Positions 11,201-23,915 are shown, counted from the stretch's first letter. The stretch: 64,000 nt of DNA from Gnetum montanum (GCA_015680685.1 MNCI01002388.1:69671-133670); one strand, 5' to 3'. The notes: generated by a model from the sequence alone, not told the origin. Numbers and translations are program-made.

Positions 11201-14200
11201 AGAGTGCCCAAGATATTATTTGGTGTGCCTTGTGGAGGAGGAACATCCTTGACAAATATATAAAAGTGATTCAAGATATGTATGAAGAAGCTATTACTAG
11301 AATTAGAATAGACTGGAATCACATGATTTTTAAATCACAGCATGTCTACATCGAGGGTCTGGACTTAGCTTGTTGTTATTTGCTATTGTTATGAATGAAT
11401 TAACAAAGGAAATACAAGATGAAATCCCTTGGTATACACTAGTTGCAGATGATATTGTATTGGTGGAGACAGCTTGAGAGAATATGGGCTATAAAATGGA
11501 AAAGTGGGGACATGCTCTAGAATTAAAAGGCTTAAAAATTAGTAGAAGTAAGAATATATTTAATGCAGCATAAATAATGGTGAAATAGAAGTAAGCATTC
11601 AAGTCCAAAAGTCTCTCACTATAACTAGTTCTAAGTCTTTCACTATAAACTGATGATAAACGATAACTTCATGAAGGAATTTTATGGGTTAATAAATGAA
11701 ATATTCAAGAAAACATTCTCTGTTTTGATCATTTAAGTTCGTAAATTGGTAGAACAAGCAGTATTTCAGAAACTTAGGGAAAATGTAAAAGGAAAAATTA
11801 TTTCTTTTTGAATAGTATCACGGAATACTTTACTTCAAAGGCAAACTATTTATTTGTTGCTATTCCTCATCAATTATGATGCATAATTAGTAGAGCATGA
11901 ATAGGATCTCATCATCTAAAAGTTGAAACAGGTAGATGGTTCAAAATTCTTCATGAAGAATGGATATGCCAAATGTGCAATACAAATAGCATTGAAGATG
12001 AAATTCACATTTTCCTCCAATGTCATGCATTGGAGCACATTAGACATGGATGGGATATTACAGTTGCAAATTTGGTTGATTCATTCTAAATGTTACTAAG
12101 AACACTTGGTAATTTTCTTAATGATGATCTTAAAACTCATAGCATGTATTTCTATTGTCCAGAGGGTCTACGAATGTAATAAAATTTCAGTTTTAGTTTC
12201 ATAAACAGTTCCACTACCTAGGATCAGTGTTCCAACTATATTGTGAAATTGATAAAAGATATAAAAATTAGGATTGAGGTAGGATGGTCAAAATGGAGAC
12301 ATGATAGTGGTGTTTTATATGATAAAAGAATTGCAATAAAACTAGATGGAAAATTTTACAGGACAGTAATCAGGTTTGTTATTTTATATGGTGTTGAATG
12401 TTGGTCAGTACAAAAGAGGATGAACAGAAAATTAGTATGGTAGAAATGCGAATGCTTAGAGGGATGTTGAATATTGCACGAAAAGCTAAATTGCACAATG
12501 CAAACATTAGAGGAAGGCTTGGAATGACTTTTGTTTTAGATAAGCTATAGAAATGGTGGCTTAGATGGTTTGGACATGTGCAAAAAAGATCATATAATGA
12601 ACCTATTAGAAAAGGTTGCTAGATCACTGTTCTCGGAAAGCCACCACTAAAAGGAAGACAAAAAAGACATAGGAGAAAATAATTGAAGATGATCTAAAGA
12701 ATTTGCAAATAAATAAGAATCTAGCTCTTCATAGAGATGAATAGCAAAAGAGAACTCATGTAGCTGAGCTCATTTTGTTAGAACAATGCTAGGATGATGA
12801 TGATGATGATGATCTTGTTTGGCATCTAAATGTATGGCTTTATATTTTTCATTCACATTCATCTTTGGAAGAAAATTGTAATTTATCATCCAAGATCAGA
12901 AACTGCATGTGGTATAGCTAATGAAGTAATGCTATGAATGGGTAAAAAGAACAAAATTGCAGAATGAGCAGAGAGTGTTTTTTAAAACATCATTTAACAT
13001 AGCTTGGATTAGCTGTTTTAGCTGTTGAAAAATTATTCTTCCTCTGAACAGTCTACCTGTAAAACAAATGCTTTGGATGGTTCATGTAAACATTCTTATT
13101 TAATAAAGTTGGCAAATGTTATTTAGTACATTAAGTTACCTGCACTAATTACATAAATGGAATGAATGTTACCTCATTTTTTTTAACAATTCGGCATGTG
13201 TTACCATGGGGTTTTGTCTTCTTTTTCTTCTTTTTACTAATTATGTGAACAAGCATTAGAAAAATTATATTTTGCCAGTTATCAATATACTGTTTTAAAA
13301 AATACATGACTATATTAACTCATGGAGTGATGCTTTTATTCCTGTGCAGGCTGAAGATCCTTTGACTGCTTCAATAGATTACCGATGCATGACAGCTGGT
13401 AGGTAATTATTTTGACCAAGAGGCTAACTACCAGTTGGCTGGACTTTGTCATGGAAAATAAATAATTATCCTCAGAATGCTAGGTCAAGAGATGAACATT
13501 TTCAGACAAATTATTATAGTTATGCATTGGCTAAACTTTGTCATAGAAAATAAATAATTATTGTCCGAATGTTGGGCTAACATATGAAATTTTTCATGAA
13601 AATTGTCATGGGTATGTATTGGTTGGACTTTGTAAGGGGAAATAAATAGCTATGGTTATAAAGCTGGACCAACATATACTGTTTTTGATTGTTTTTTTAA
13701 CAAGAAAATCAATTCTCAATGAATAAATTTTAGGATTTCATTAATTTGAAAAAGAAAAATATTTTCTTGGCCAAATAATAGATATATATTAAACTAGTGT
13801 ATTGTACACTTAATTTTGTTTAGTTTTTAAATTTTATTAGCATTCCATTGCTTTGAAGCTTTTAGTTGAATAGATGGATACTTGCAGCTGTAGGTTAGAA
13901 TTTATGATATTGTGCAATAAAACCAGTACTGGTGCAAAAGGATTACAATTAAACTAGATACTGCTATACTAAATATTGCAGTTATATTCTAATAGCTGTG
14001 CAAACATTTTTGTGCAGAGCAGTTGGTAAAGGAAGACGTAAAATTTGATGCTGTTATTTCTTTAGAGGCAAGTAATTGGTTTTCATAATTAATCAGATGT
14101 TTCGCTGTGTCTGTCTGTGTGTGTTTATTCTGAATACACAAAACATGATTTTGCTATGGATATGCAAAATATAAGATATCTGGTTATTTTCAAACTTGTT

Positions 14201-16305
14201 AGATAAAAATTTGAATATGACTTGTTAAGATGTTGGAAATTGATATGTCAAAATTTTACTTCAACAATCGTAATTTCTGATGATTAGCTTCTCCAATGCA
14301 CTAATCACCCTAATTCATTCAGAAACCAATAATTTCTTGATTTCTATAGTTAAAAGATTTTATAATAATATTTTGATGAAGCCTCATAGCTAAGCCACGT
14401 ATTGCAGAAAAGAAACCAATGAAGAAGCACAGCAAAACTCAAAAATAGAATTAAAGGGACCACTTTCAACACATTAATATTCGTTGCCCATGCTGTGCAC
14501 TACTTTACATTCCTATTTCAAATCAATATAATCTCATAGGGGCTCTGTGCTACCTATCACAATATACCGTGCACTACTTTACTGTTTCAGATGAAGAACC
14601 CAAATATCATGCTGTTGTGTGTGATTTATTGTACACGAATAAAACCGAATTCAGTAACCTAAACATGGCTTACCTTCATTGTTTTTCTTATTGTTGAAAC
14701 TAAATTGAATTCCTTGTCATGAATCCTTGTGACATTTTAATCCTTTGGGTCTTCTTTTCATGGATGGATCCGAAATATTTGCAATTAAGAGGACAGATTT
14801 TGATTTCCTTTATGTAAGCGTAACAAGAATTGTTAGTTTCTTTGAGTTGAGTTTTTCTTGTGCATCTGCAAGCTGTGTGAAATTATTAACTTATTACATT
14901 AAAAATAATATAAAGTATTGAAGTTCCATTGTTTGCAGCATTGTCTAAGTTGATTGACAATTGATTTACTTTTTGTTTCCTTTGGGAACTTTTTTGGAAT
15001 CATATGGACATCATCATTTTTTAGTAGCATTGAAACTTTTCAACAGGTGATTGAGCATGTTGCAGATCCCCAGGATTTTGTTAAGACTCTGGCTGCATTG
15101 ACTTCTGAAAACGGGGCTGTAATTATTTCAACTATAAATCGGTCAATAAAATCATACTTAATGGCCATCGTTGCTGCTGAATATGTATTACAATGGGTAT
15201 GTATTGAGTTGTTCTTCTAATTAGTTTTTTATACATCCTATAGTGAATATTTATTTTTAACGTTCGGAAGAAAATCACATTTTTTGTAGAATGCCAGAAT
15301 AATATTTGGAATTTGTGTTTGTGAACTCTTGTTTGCTGTTGAATCAGTATGGCTTTCGCTGACTCAACTTGAAGATGACCTTGTTTGCCTTCGTACAGGG
15401 AATAAAAATATCGTAAAGTTTGTGTTTCTTCTGGTTATAAAAAAAAATTAAAAACAAAAAAACGTATCCTTGAACCTGTCAACAACAGATAGATTTGTGA
15501 TATCTCCATAAATCACGTGCTGAGGATCGAGTCTAGTACTTATATATTGTGTTTCAGAATTTCTATTATCAACTCAATGGGTATTTCTTATTGTTTTGAT
15601 GTTTTTCTTTGTCGAATTCTTCATGTTTATTAGTTTTTGTAGACATTGTGAGTGTTTTACTTAAGGCAGTGGTGTGGTAGCTTAGCTTGTAACTTCTTTG
15701 CTTTACAACTTACAAGTTCCGTCTTTGAGGTGCATCGGTGACATATTTCACAGTTATCACCTGATTTTGACTATTCTCTAATGGTTTCAAATTACAATTA
15801 AGCCTTTAGATAATGTTTTTAGTGTTTTGTATGAAATTATTAGGTGCAGTAGTTGAGCCCTCTCATGTAGAAGATGACTAAAGGATGATGAACAACACGT
15901 CCCAATTCTTATTTACTGTCTTTAAAAATTTAAAATCCAAGTAGTGATTATTAATGTAGCTAGAAAGAACCCCACATACAGATTCTCACTCATCTAAAAT
16001 ATATTTTGCAGCTTCCAAAGGGAACTCATGAGTGGTCAAATTTAATTACTCCAGTTGAGCTTGCTTTGCTCATGAAACGTGCATCCATCTCCGTAAGCAA
16101 TGGTGTCTCTGATATCTTCAATATTAATTGCATTATAAAATTTGTAATCCAAAATATTTGGTGTGAATAAGATGCTAATATATTGCTTATGCAGGTTCAA
16201 GAAATAGCTGGTCTCGAATATAATCCGTTGATGAATGTCTGGAAGTTATCTTCAAATACAGACGTCAACTTCATGGCCTTTGGAGTGAATAAAAATTTGC
16301 TGTGA
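8128..16305 (+). CDS. COQ3: Ubiquinone biosynthesis O-methyltransferase (COQ3/UbiG family); eight exons, 5'-partial: 8128-8217, 9086-9164, 10710-10787, 13350-13398, 14018-14067, 15047-15196, 16012-16092, 16195-16305
   Basis: The exons splice in frame to WDYQGPYKPLHVMNPTRVSFIRSTLCRHFRKDPYCIRPFEGLKLVDVGCGGGILSEPLARLGASVTGIDAVEKNIKIA...FDAVISLEVIEHVADP...STINRS...AEYVLQWLPKGTHEW...YNPL...VNFMAFGVNKNLL*. This has the SAM motif DVGCGGG and the plant COQ3 signatures. All acceptors are AG; donors are GT except one GC. Confidence 0.96.
9086..9164 (+). CDS. COQ3: COQ3 exon carrying the SAM-binding motif (KDPYCIRPFEGLKLVDVGCGGGILSE)
   Basis: cag|A acceptor, GAG|gtac donor, in phase with neighbouring exons. 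Confidence 0.95.
10710..10787 (+). CDS. COQ3: COQ3 exon (PLARLGASVTGIDAVEKNIKIASIHS)
   Basis: tttacag acceptor, gtgag donor. Confidence 0.95.
11099..12813 (+). mobile_element. 5'-truncated RTE-clade LINE in a COQ3 intron
   Basis: Motifs STIEAIF, IFIDFKKAYDRVP, EIPWYTLVADDIVL, HYLGSV, KFYRTVIR..LYGVECW and LRWFGHV. (GAT)n tail ~12793-12813. ~17-bp TSD ATCTTGTTGGACATCTA / ATCTTGTTTGGCATCTA (11082 / 12812). Confidence 0.92.
11651..12200 (+). mobile_element. 5'-truncated RTE-X-type LINE (copy 3) nested in the RTE element
   Basis: C-terminal motif GSHHLKVETGRW...ICQMCNTNSIEDEIHIFLQC; tail AATAAAATTTCAGTTTTAGTTTC; TSD ATAAAC (11645-11650 / 12201-12206). Confidence 0.85.
13350..13398 (+). CDS. COQ3: COQ3 exon (AEDPLTASIDYRCMTA)
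   Basis: tgcag acceptor, G|gtag donor, phase 1 fits the next exon. Confidence 0.92.
13435..13677. repeat. Degenerate 92-bp tandem repeat, ~2.6 units, intronic
   Basis: TTGGYTRRACTTTGT...AAATAAATA units start at 13435, 13527 and 13619. Confidence 0.8.
14018..14067 (+). CDS. COQ3: COQ3 exon (EQLVKEDVKFDAVISLE), GC donor
   Basis: tgcag acceptor; GAG|gcaagt donor is required for an in-frame join to VIEHV. Confidence 0.92.
15047..15196 (+). CDS. COQ3: COQ3 exon (VIEHVADP...AEYVLQW)
   Basis: cag acceptor, gtatgt donor, 50 codons; overlaps ORF 14954..15220. Confidence 0.95.
16012..16092 (+). CDS. COQ3: COQ3 exon (LPKGTHEWSNLITPVELALLMKRASIS)
   Basis: ttgcag acceptor, gtaagc donor, LPKGTH motif. 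Confidence 0.95.
16195..16305 (+). CDS. COQ3: COQ3 terminal exon (VQEIAGLEYNPL...VNKNLL*)
   Basis: tgcag acceptor, TGA stop at 16303-16305. Confidence 0.94.
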   Translation, partial: VQEIAGLEYNPLMNVWKLSSNTDVNFMAFGVNKNLL

Positions 16306-16729
16306 TTGTTCATGCGGGGTTTACATTCTGATGGGAACAATGGACCATTTGCAAGAGGGTATTAGTGTTATCCATCTTAGACATTTCTTGCGAACATATT
16401 AGACGGCACCTGGCGAGTTGAGAGGACAGTCCCAGAATAAGTCAAGGTCACATGAAATTGTTTGTTTGAAAGTTCTTTGTTACATTAAAGGGCTATACAA
16501 CCCAATAGCCTTCAACGATGTCTTTGACCATAGGTTTGGGTTTGTGCCTGCGGAACCAAAGAGAAGTGTCTTACAAATGAGCTCCTAACTAGGATGTATT
16601 CTGTTTGACTAATTTTTCTTTTAATTGTTTTTCCACGTAATCTTTTTGCAAAAGTATCATTGCCCTCACATTTGAAAATGTATTACATTATCTTTCTTTG
16701 GCAATCCATGTAAAATAGGATCATCATTT

Positions 16730-16962
16730 GGGGCTCCATGCTTATCCTATCAATGTAGGGTCTTGGAAGGGCTTACATTGGAAGGGGCAGTGTATGAGTA
16801 GAAATCTAACCTCTTTAAAGTGGCAGGGTTGTGGAAGGGGCAGTGTATGAGCAAATCTAAGGGGCAGTGTATGAGCAAATCTAACCTCTTTCAAGTTGCT
16901 GCATTGAGGCTTGAACCCATCTTTCAACTTGTGAAACAAACACCTTACCATCACTCAACTAC
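16730..16962 (-). mobile_element. tRNA-headed SINE-like element (Au-like) with internal triplication
   Basis: The minus strand starts GTAGTTGAGTGATGGTAAGG...GGGTTCAAGCC (A/B-box-like). AAGGGGCAGTGTATGAG..AAATCTAA occurs three times between 16782 and 16884. Confidence 0.5.
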
Positions 16963-17463
16963 TTTAGATTCATGAATGTAACTTTGCCAAAACCAACATA
17001 CTTGTATGCTTTACATCCAAAATGTGGTAGAAAATAATAAGAAATTTTCTTGCATGTTCTTTAGCAAAACTTGATAATTTACGGGCTATTTTAGTTCAAT
17101 TCTCTATCTTTACTTTATCATGTAGTATTCCAAACTTGTAAAATGTTAGTTACATCATTCTAAAACTCACCATCCAATAAGGTATTAGATGGTTAGAATA
17201 AAATCTCACTATTACTTTCAATAAATTATTATAAAAATTTTAAATATTTTTGTTAGGTTTGAGAATAAAATGTTTTGGTGGGGAAGCATGGAAGGTTTGT
17301 GAATATGAAACAGTTTGACTAGAGGTATACCTAAAGACATAGCCAATATAATAATTGAGAAGAACTTGTTAAGAATATAATGATACCTACAAATCTTTTT
17401 TAGCCTAAATGTTCCTTGAATTGGCTACCTTTTGGTTATAAATCTTTTTTAGACCATCAATAT

Positions 17464-17614
17464 TGAAGTGTTAGCTTAGGGTAATACTTTTGTTTTGGAA
17501 ACTCCATGTCATGGGTTTGATTTTGGTGAGTAATATTGAGTTATAAAAGTCTAATTTCATTATAAGTCTTAGGAATAAATATTGTTTTAAAAACATGCAA
17601 GGTTCCAATACCCC
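17464..17614 (+). repeat. ~150-bp tRNA-like repeat family, copy 1
   Basis: Homologous to 23562-23703, 23790-23915, 33370-33521 and 40215-40347; A-box- and B-box-like motifs. Confidence 0.7.
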
Positions 17615-17774
17615 TAGACAATGAACTAACTACTTGAAGCACTTTTCATTAGCTAATTAGGCTTGGTAAATAAGAGGCTAATACTATCCATCTTGAGAGG
17701 GGATGATATTTTGAAAGATCAAGAGAGGAAAATTAATTGTTTTTAGGAATGATGGTCTTAGTCCTAATAACATT

Positions 17775-18990
17775 TACATCATTTTCAACATGCATCTATA
17801 CTTGAACTTAAAATGGAAAAGGGTTTTACGTAGCAATAGAAAGTTATCACAAAATACCAACATTTTTAGGAAAACTTGATCCAATACAAAATGTTGTTCT
17901 ATAGTGATCATCATGATTATTTTGTTGCTTAATGTTAACTTTACATTGAAAATCTTTGCCATTAGTGATAACCTAATTGTAAACATAAGTTTTAATTGTT
18001 GAGTTAACATTGTTCAAATTGATCAATACTTTTTGTAGTATAAGTAAAAATATTTACAAAAGCTTTTGTCTTCTTTGGTTTCTTTATTGCCATTTGATCA
18101 TTTTTATTGTTGAGATTAACTTGATATTTTGTATCTTTAGCTTCAAATTTTTTTATGATCCTCAACTTCAACACGTTTTTCTTAGCATATTCTTTTAAGC
18201 AAAAAGAACAAACATTAAACAAATGTTCTTCATGATGACAAAAGTTGCAAGAATTAGGAAGATTATAATATGTAATTGGTTAAATGTAAAACCTCCTATT
18301 TGTTTCTAATATATTTTTTTATAGTTAAAAATTTGATTTTAGAAAAGGTCTATGAAGACTAATAATTTGTTGCTTATCTATCTGAAAAAATAACGGAATA
18401 TTAAATAGCTTGACAAAACATGGAGCTTCATAATATTCTTCAAATTAGGTATTAAAATTCAATGTCACGATCAACATTGTATACTTATGTATAAATGACC
18501 CTATATTTAGGTGTACTGCATATTAGAACATTACTTAGCTTAACAAATAGAGAGAGAATAATACGTTACATGAATGATTTGAATGTTATGTTTTTGCATC
18601 ATATCATTTAATTTAAAACCAAAACTTTGATTATGAGAGATGTAACTCAAAATTTTAATGAACACACATTGTAATGTAAGATTAACAACTAGTGGCTCAT
18701 ATCCTATAGAAGAACAAAATTAAGCATCTTATTTGCATCAACATCACTAAAAAAAAGCAGCACAAAATTTTACTTGCTATCTTGTAAATTTGCATTTTGC
18801 GAAGCAATAGAAAATTTTGCATTGATAAATGATATAGAACTTTAAGCATTGGTAGAAGAAGTTGGAAATATTTTAGAATCTCCCATACAAAAATAACAAT
18901 TTTATCCTTAAAAAAATATTTTGGAGAAATTAGATTCATTGGCAAAACCTCAACACAAAACATATAGAGAGGGTTACAATCAAGAAGTTG
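17775..18990 (-). mobile_element. L1 ORF1-like remnant (CCHC knuckle), family copy 1
   Basis: NSCNFCHHEEHLFNVC near 18255-18205; homologous to 23005-23545 and 40650-41930. Confidence 0.65.
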
Positions 18991-19049
18991 CATGTGAGCA
19001 CTTCATAATTTTTTGGATTTGCATTTACAATTGTAGGCTATATAATGAA

Positions 19050-22000
19050 CGTGATTAAAATATAAATTAAAATTTATTCACATAAATTCAAATTTGATTT
19101 TCATTTTAGCAAATTTTCTTGATACAACAAACTTAACTTATTATAAAACTAAAATTGATTTGTGTTTTTGAGAAATTACTAAGAATGATTTGCTAAATTG
19201 AATTTAATTATTGCAGAATTTTTTTTCAATTTTGGGAAGTTGACAAGGAAAAAGGAAGAACTCACTTAGTCAGAGGAATAATTTGATGAATGAATATGCA
19301 TTCAAAAATATTAGAACATACTTTGTAAGCATTCCTTTGTATGATTATTTATAAAATGAATTAAAATATCATAATGGATAATTTAATATGCTTCACATAT
19401 TTATTAGTTCTTTCAAAAATTTAGAGGTTGAAGATATATGTGATTTAATATAAGTTCAAGTTCTATCTTAACAAACCAACATTTTATTGATATTCAAATA
19501 ATAACAACAAAACATCATGATATCTCTACACAATCCATTTAAATGAAACTTATGCAATGTGCAAGTCTTAACCAATGAGTTATAGCTCACTCATACAATA
19601 ATATTAATGTGATTAGACATGTAAGGGATTATTAGAATTGAAGCTATGACTATACATACCATGAGGTCATATAGCCAATACAACTTATTGGTGAAAAGGA
19701 ATCCATAAAATCATTGGACTTTTATTTTTATGTTAGAATTTGATGGTATGATATGTTGATGTAAGGATTTTTTCCAAGGATATTGATATTTTGAAATGAT
19801 CAAACAATCAAGGTTATGGTTAAATTAAAAATAGATCGAAAAGAACATCAAAGGACATTAAAACAAATCAAATTAAAAGCACACTTTAGAATGAAGACAA
19901 GATCTTGATCTTATTATTAAAATTTCTATTAAGCTCAAGATTTACTTTTGAAAAAGAAGAAAGATATTAATGTAGTGATTTATATTAGTGGTAAATTAAG
20001 TCTCCACATCATTTTCTACAATTTTCCTTTGAAGGAAGCTATTTTAAAAATATGCAATGCTAGAAAATAAGAAGATGATAACAAATCATTTTTGCAAGAT
20101 GTACATAATTTGTTGATAACAAAAAAAATTTGAAGTTTACTTGCCAAAAATGTCATTATGCAATAGAAATTTATAGTTAAGAAGAATTGGTTTGATGAAG
20201 AATATCTACAAGTAAGGTTGGCTATAAAAAAAATTTGTAATAAGTAAGCTTTAACAAAGAACTATATAAAATTGCTTCAAGACCATAAAGAATTTATAAA
20301 ATCACTAAAACAATATGGCACAATTGATAAAGTTAGATTCACAAGATTTGGGAAACTTTTTAAAAATAAAGTTTCTCTAAAAAATAATATTCCATTTGCC
20401 TAAATTGATCATGATTAGTAACTTGTTTATAAAATTGTTAGGTGCCATTTTGAAGAAAAAAATTAGGATTTTGGATAGAAGGAAATAAGTTGCATGAAAT
20501 TTCATAAGAAAAATCTAGAAAAAAAAATAAAAAAAATAGATTACCTGGTTGGTTACTCTCAAATATGGCATTGAACAAGCAAAAGAGAAGTAAGTTAAAA
20601 ACATTTATTTGGTTTGTTGATTTTACTAAAGTGATTGATTCTATTATGATAGAATAATTATGAAGTAGACTTATCAAACTTATAGTTGAGTCTAGTTTAC
20701 TAATGGTCATCCAAAAATTATACAAAGTAATAATTTTTAAATTAAATGATGAATAAACTATACAATCTTGTTAATTTTACAACAATATAGAAAGTAAGCA
20801 ACCTTGTCCTCTTTCATCAATATTCTTTGACATTTTTATTGATGAACTAAAAGAGTGGATAATAGAGGTATGTAAAAATTATGCCATTAAAGTGGATTAG
20901 TTATGGATAGGACATTTAATCTTTGTAGATGATGTATCACTAACTATAAATTCAGATAGGATTAAAAGCAATGTTGCACTAACTAGAAAAATTCTATGAA
21001 TGTACACAAAAATGAAGGTGAATCTTGACAAAACAAAAGTATTAATACATGAAACTAGCAAGAGAGATTACACTTTCGAGCTAAATAATAAAACACTTCA
21101 GATTATGAATACCTATATATATTTTGAGACTAAAATGCTTTCATAGCTATTAGTGGAAGCATTATATATCCTAATAAATTGCAAATGGCTAGAAAGATTT
21201 ATATACAATGAAAAACATATATAACAATCATAATATTTGGACTTGACAACTTGAAAATATCTTTTTTTCAAACAATTGCATAAGCTATAGTGCTCTATGG
21301 ATGTGTAGTGTTGAAGCTAGGTCTTGATTAGAAATCATAAAAAGAAAATTGAAAAACTTTAAAAATAGTTCGTGTTGGATGATGATGAGTGATGGAACAT
21401 CCAACACTCAACTGTACAAGTCATGAGTGTTCACATGTGACCTGATCGTAATCTGTGGATGGACAATGTTGATATGCTAGTAATTGAGTTAAGCTCATGA
21501 TCGCTATCTTCAAGTTAGTGAAGTCTAAGTGTATGGTTTAGCTTGCAATGAGGTGTATATTAAATGATGTTGTAGGGCCAGTTATGCTTCTAAGTGTAGA
21601 CATAGTGAAGGTAGAGTTAAATGCTAAATCTAACTAATAATAGAAACGTAAGCCTATTCTAGCCTACGATGATGAGTATCTGTTCCTGATTCATTGTACA
21701 CGCCTTGGGCTCATGTAATCATTATTGGGTTGCCAAGTGAGTTCACTACTGAGTGAATTAAGTGAAATCACTACTGGGACAACCAAACGATTACACTTAA
21801 GTGCTTGAAATCAATAGTACTTATTCCACGTTAATAACATGCAAGCAAAAAAAAAGTGCTTGAAAAGTAAAGTATTAAGCTAGTAAACAGTATAAATTAT
21901 GCTAAGTAAAATAGTAAACTAAGGGAATGTTGCAATGATAGGAAATAGTCTCAATCTTTATTACTATCAAAACTTGTGCCCAAGTACAACTTGCTTGAAT

Positions 22001-22995
22001 AAAGACATCGTTCAACTATGACACATCACATTGTGGGCACTCACTATTCTATCACAAAGTCTAAGTTCAAGAAATCAAACTGCAAGATTTCTATTACAAT
22101 GGAAATGAAAAATTGTTGGATCATGTGTCCAAGTGTCATATTTATAGGGGTGCACACATCCTGAGACATCGTATCAACAATGATGTAACATGAGAAGCAA
22201 CATCATTACTACGATGTCTTAATACAACAAAATTTGGATTTATTAGATGAGTTTAATGTAAAAACTCAAGTTCCATATGCAATATTTTTATTAGAAGCTA
22301 ATTTGTTACCATTGGAAGTTGAAGTGATATGTTACTTGAATTATATAAATAGCAATAAGACCTTAGGAGAGATCATCAAAGAGTCCAATGATATGATAGT
22401 TTCATGAATGATAATTGTGGCTACAAAAATAGGGTGCTAATAATATTGATGTACTAATAAATTCAGAACAAGTTTGGAAACTTAGTATATAGAAAGTTTT
22501 AGAGAGAGAACAAAATAAGGCAGAAATACAAAAAAGGTTTTAGTTTTATTAGTGAAACATTAGAAGTGGAAGACATGATGAGACAAAATATTTACATGCA
22601 ATAATTCCAATATTCATGAGAGCACTAATTAGCAGAGTAAAAATGAAATCACACCACCTTCGAGTTGAGATTGGAAGATGGAATAATGATTAGCATGAAG
22701 ATGAATATGTTGATTGTGTTTACTGAAAGTAGTAGAAGATGAGCACCACATCTTATTAGAATATTAGAAAATAGATTTCGTTAGAAAAAATGATAGTCTC
22801 AAGTCAATCTTGTATGAGCTATTCAAGCTATTAATATTAATTCTATGGAATTATATAGAACATGTGTTCAAGTTACATGCCTATTGAACATATTTTTTGG
22901 ACTTAGGATTTATTACTATTGATGTATTTTTTACAAGTTAATTTGTTTGATAGATTTTTTAAATTTATAGAAATATAATAAAATTTCAATTTCAT
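19050..22995 (+). mobile_element. RTE-X-type LINE copy 2 (longest; 5' boundary approximate), split by a solo LTR
   Basis: Motifs FVDFTK, KQPCPLSSIFFDIFID, LIFVDD and SHHLRVEIGRW...VVEDEHHILLE; tail AATAAAATTTCAATTTCA ~22977-22994. Confidence 0.82.
21383..22245 (-). mobile_element. Athila-like solo LTR
   Basis: TGATGAGT...GATTTATTA (decayed GATTCATCA); perfect 5-bp TSD GATGA (21378-21382 / 22246-22250); homologous to the LTRs at 25470 and 31982. Confidence 0.9.
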
Positions 22996-23004
22996 GTTAC
23001 TTCT

Positions 23005-23545
23005 AATGATATGAAAAAATCAAGTTATGTTAATGATAAGAGTGATCAAATAACAATAAAGAAACTAGAGAAGACATAAGCTTTTCTGAATTTTTTTACT
23101 TTTACTACAAAAAGTATTAATAACTCTAGACAAAAAGCTCAGAAGGTAAATTTTTTCTTATTTGATAAGAATACTATCAATTAAAAGATTATGTTAACAA
23201 GTGGGATATAGAAAATGGCAAAGATTCTTAATGTAAGGTCAATTGTAATTAACAATATGGGTTATCATTTTTTATTACATCCTTTTTTTTCCTACAAAAG
23301 TTGTTGTTTCATCAAAGCTTTCTATTGCTACCTCGAATCCTTTTGGTATTTTAATTTTAAGTATAAATATTGATAGTGATGTAAATGTTATTAGGACTAG
23401 GATTATCCTCTCTACAAACAATTATGTTTTTTTTTCAGAGTAGAAATTGTAAAATTGTACACCTAAGAAGAAATCATTAAGATTGGAAACTTTTTCTTCC
23501 ATGTTATTTTTATTTCTTTCTACTTAATAATTAAGCATAAGATGT
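23005..23545 (+). mobile_element. L1 ORF1-like family, 3' portion, copy 2
   Basis: Aligns with 41360-41880 and with the reverse complement of 17775-18130. Confidence 0.65.
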
Positions 23546-23561
23546 ACTCTAAATGTTTTTG

Positions 23562-23703
23562 CTTAGTGGTAAGACACTTGATTTGGAAGCTCTAGGTTAT
23601 ACGTTTGATTCTAGTGGACAATGCTAAGTTATATAAAGTTTTAATTGGAATGTTTATCTTGGGGTGTACCTATGTTTCACTTGTTTCATGTTCCAACACC
23701 TTG
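23562..23703 (+). repeat. tRNA-like repeat copy 2, 5'-truncated, with ~16-bp TSD
   Basis: Flanked by CTAAATGTTTT(T)GCTTA; an empty homologous site lies at ~41870-41910. Confidence 0.72.
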
Positions 23704-23789
23704 CTAAATGTTTTGCTTATTATTAATTTTTTTTGGATTCAACACCTCTCTAATTTTAGAAAGGGTGGGGAGGACAAGGAAGGGTATTT

Positions 23790-23915
23790 ATTAGAATCCC
23801 AAAATAGTTGTAATATAGGTATATCCCAATATACATAACTCACCATTACCCACAAGAACTAAACCCATGACTTGGAGCTTTTAAATCAAGTATCTTACCA
23901 CTTGGCTAATATCCC
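23790..23915 (-). repeat. tRNA-like repeat copy 3
   Basis: CATTACCCACAAGAACTAAACCCATGACTTGGAGCTT...TCTTACCACTTGGCTA matches 40270-40335. Confidence 0.7.

Noticed and set aside
14495-14582. 14-bp direct repeat GTGCACTACTTTAC flanking 60 bp
   Set aside because: It could be a tiny insertion with a TSD, but no tail, TIR or second copy supports it.
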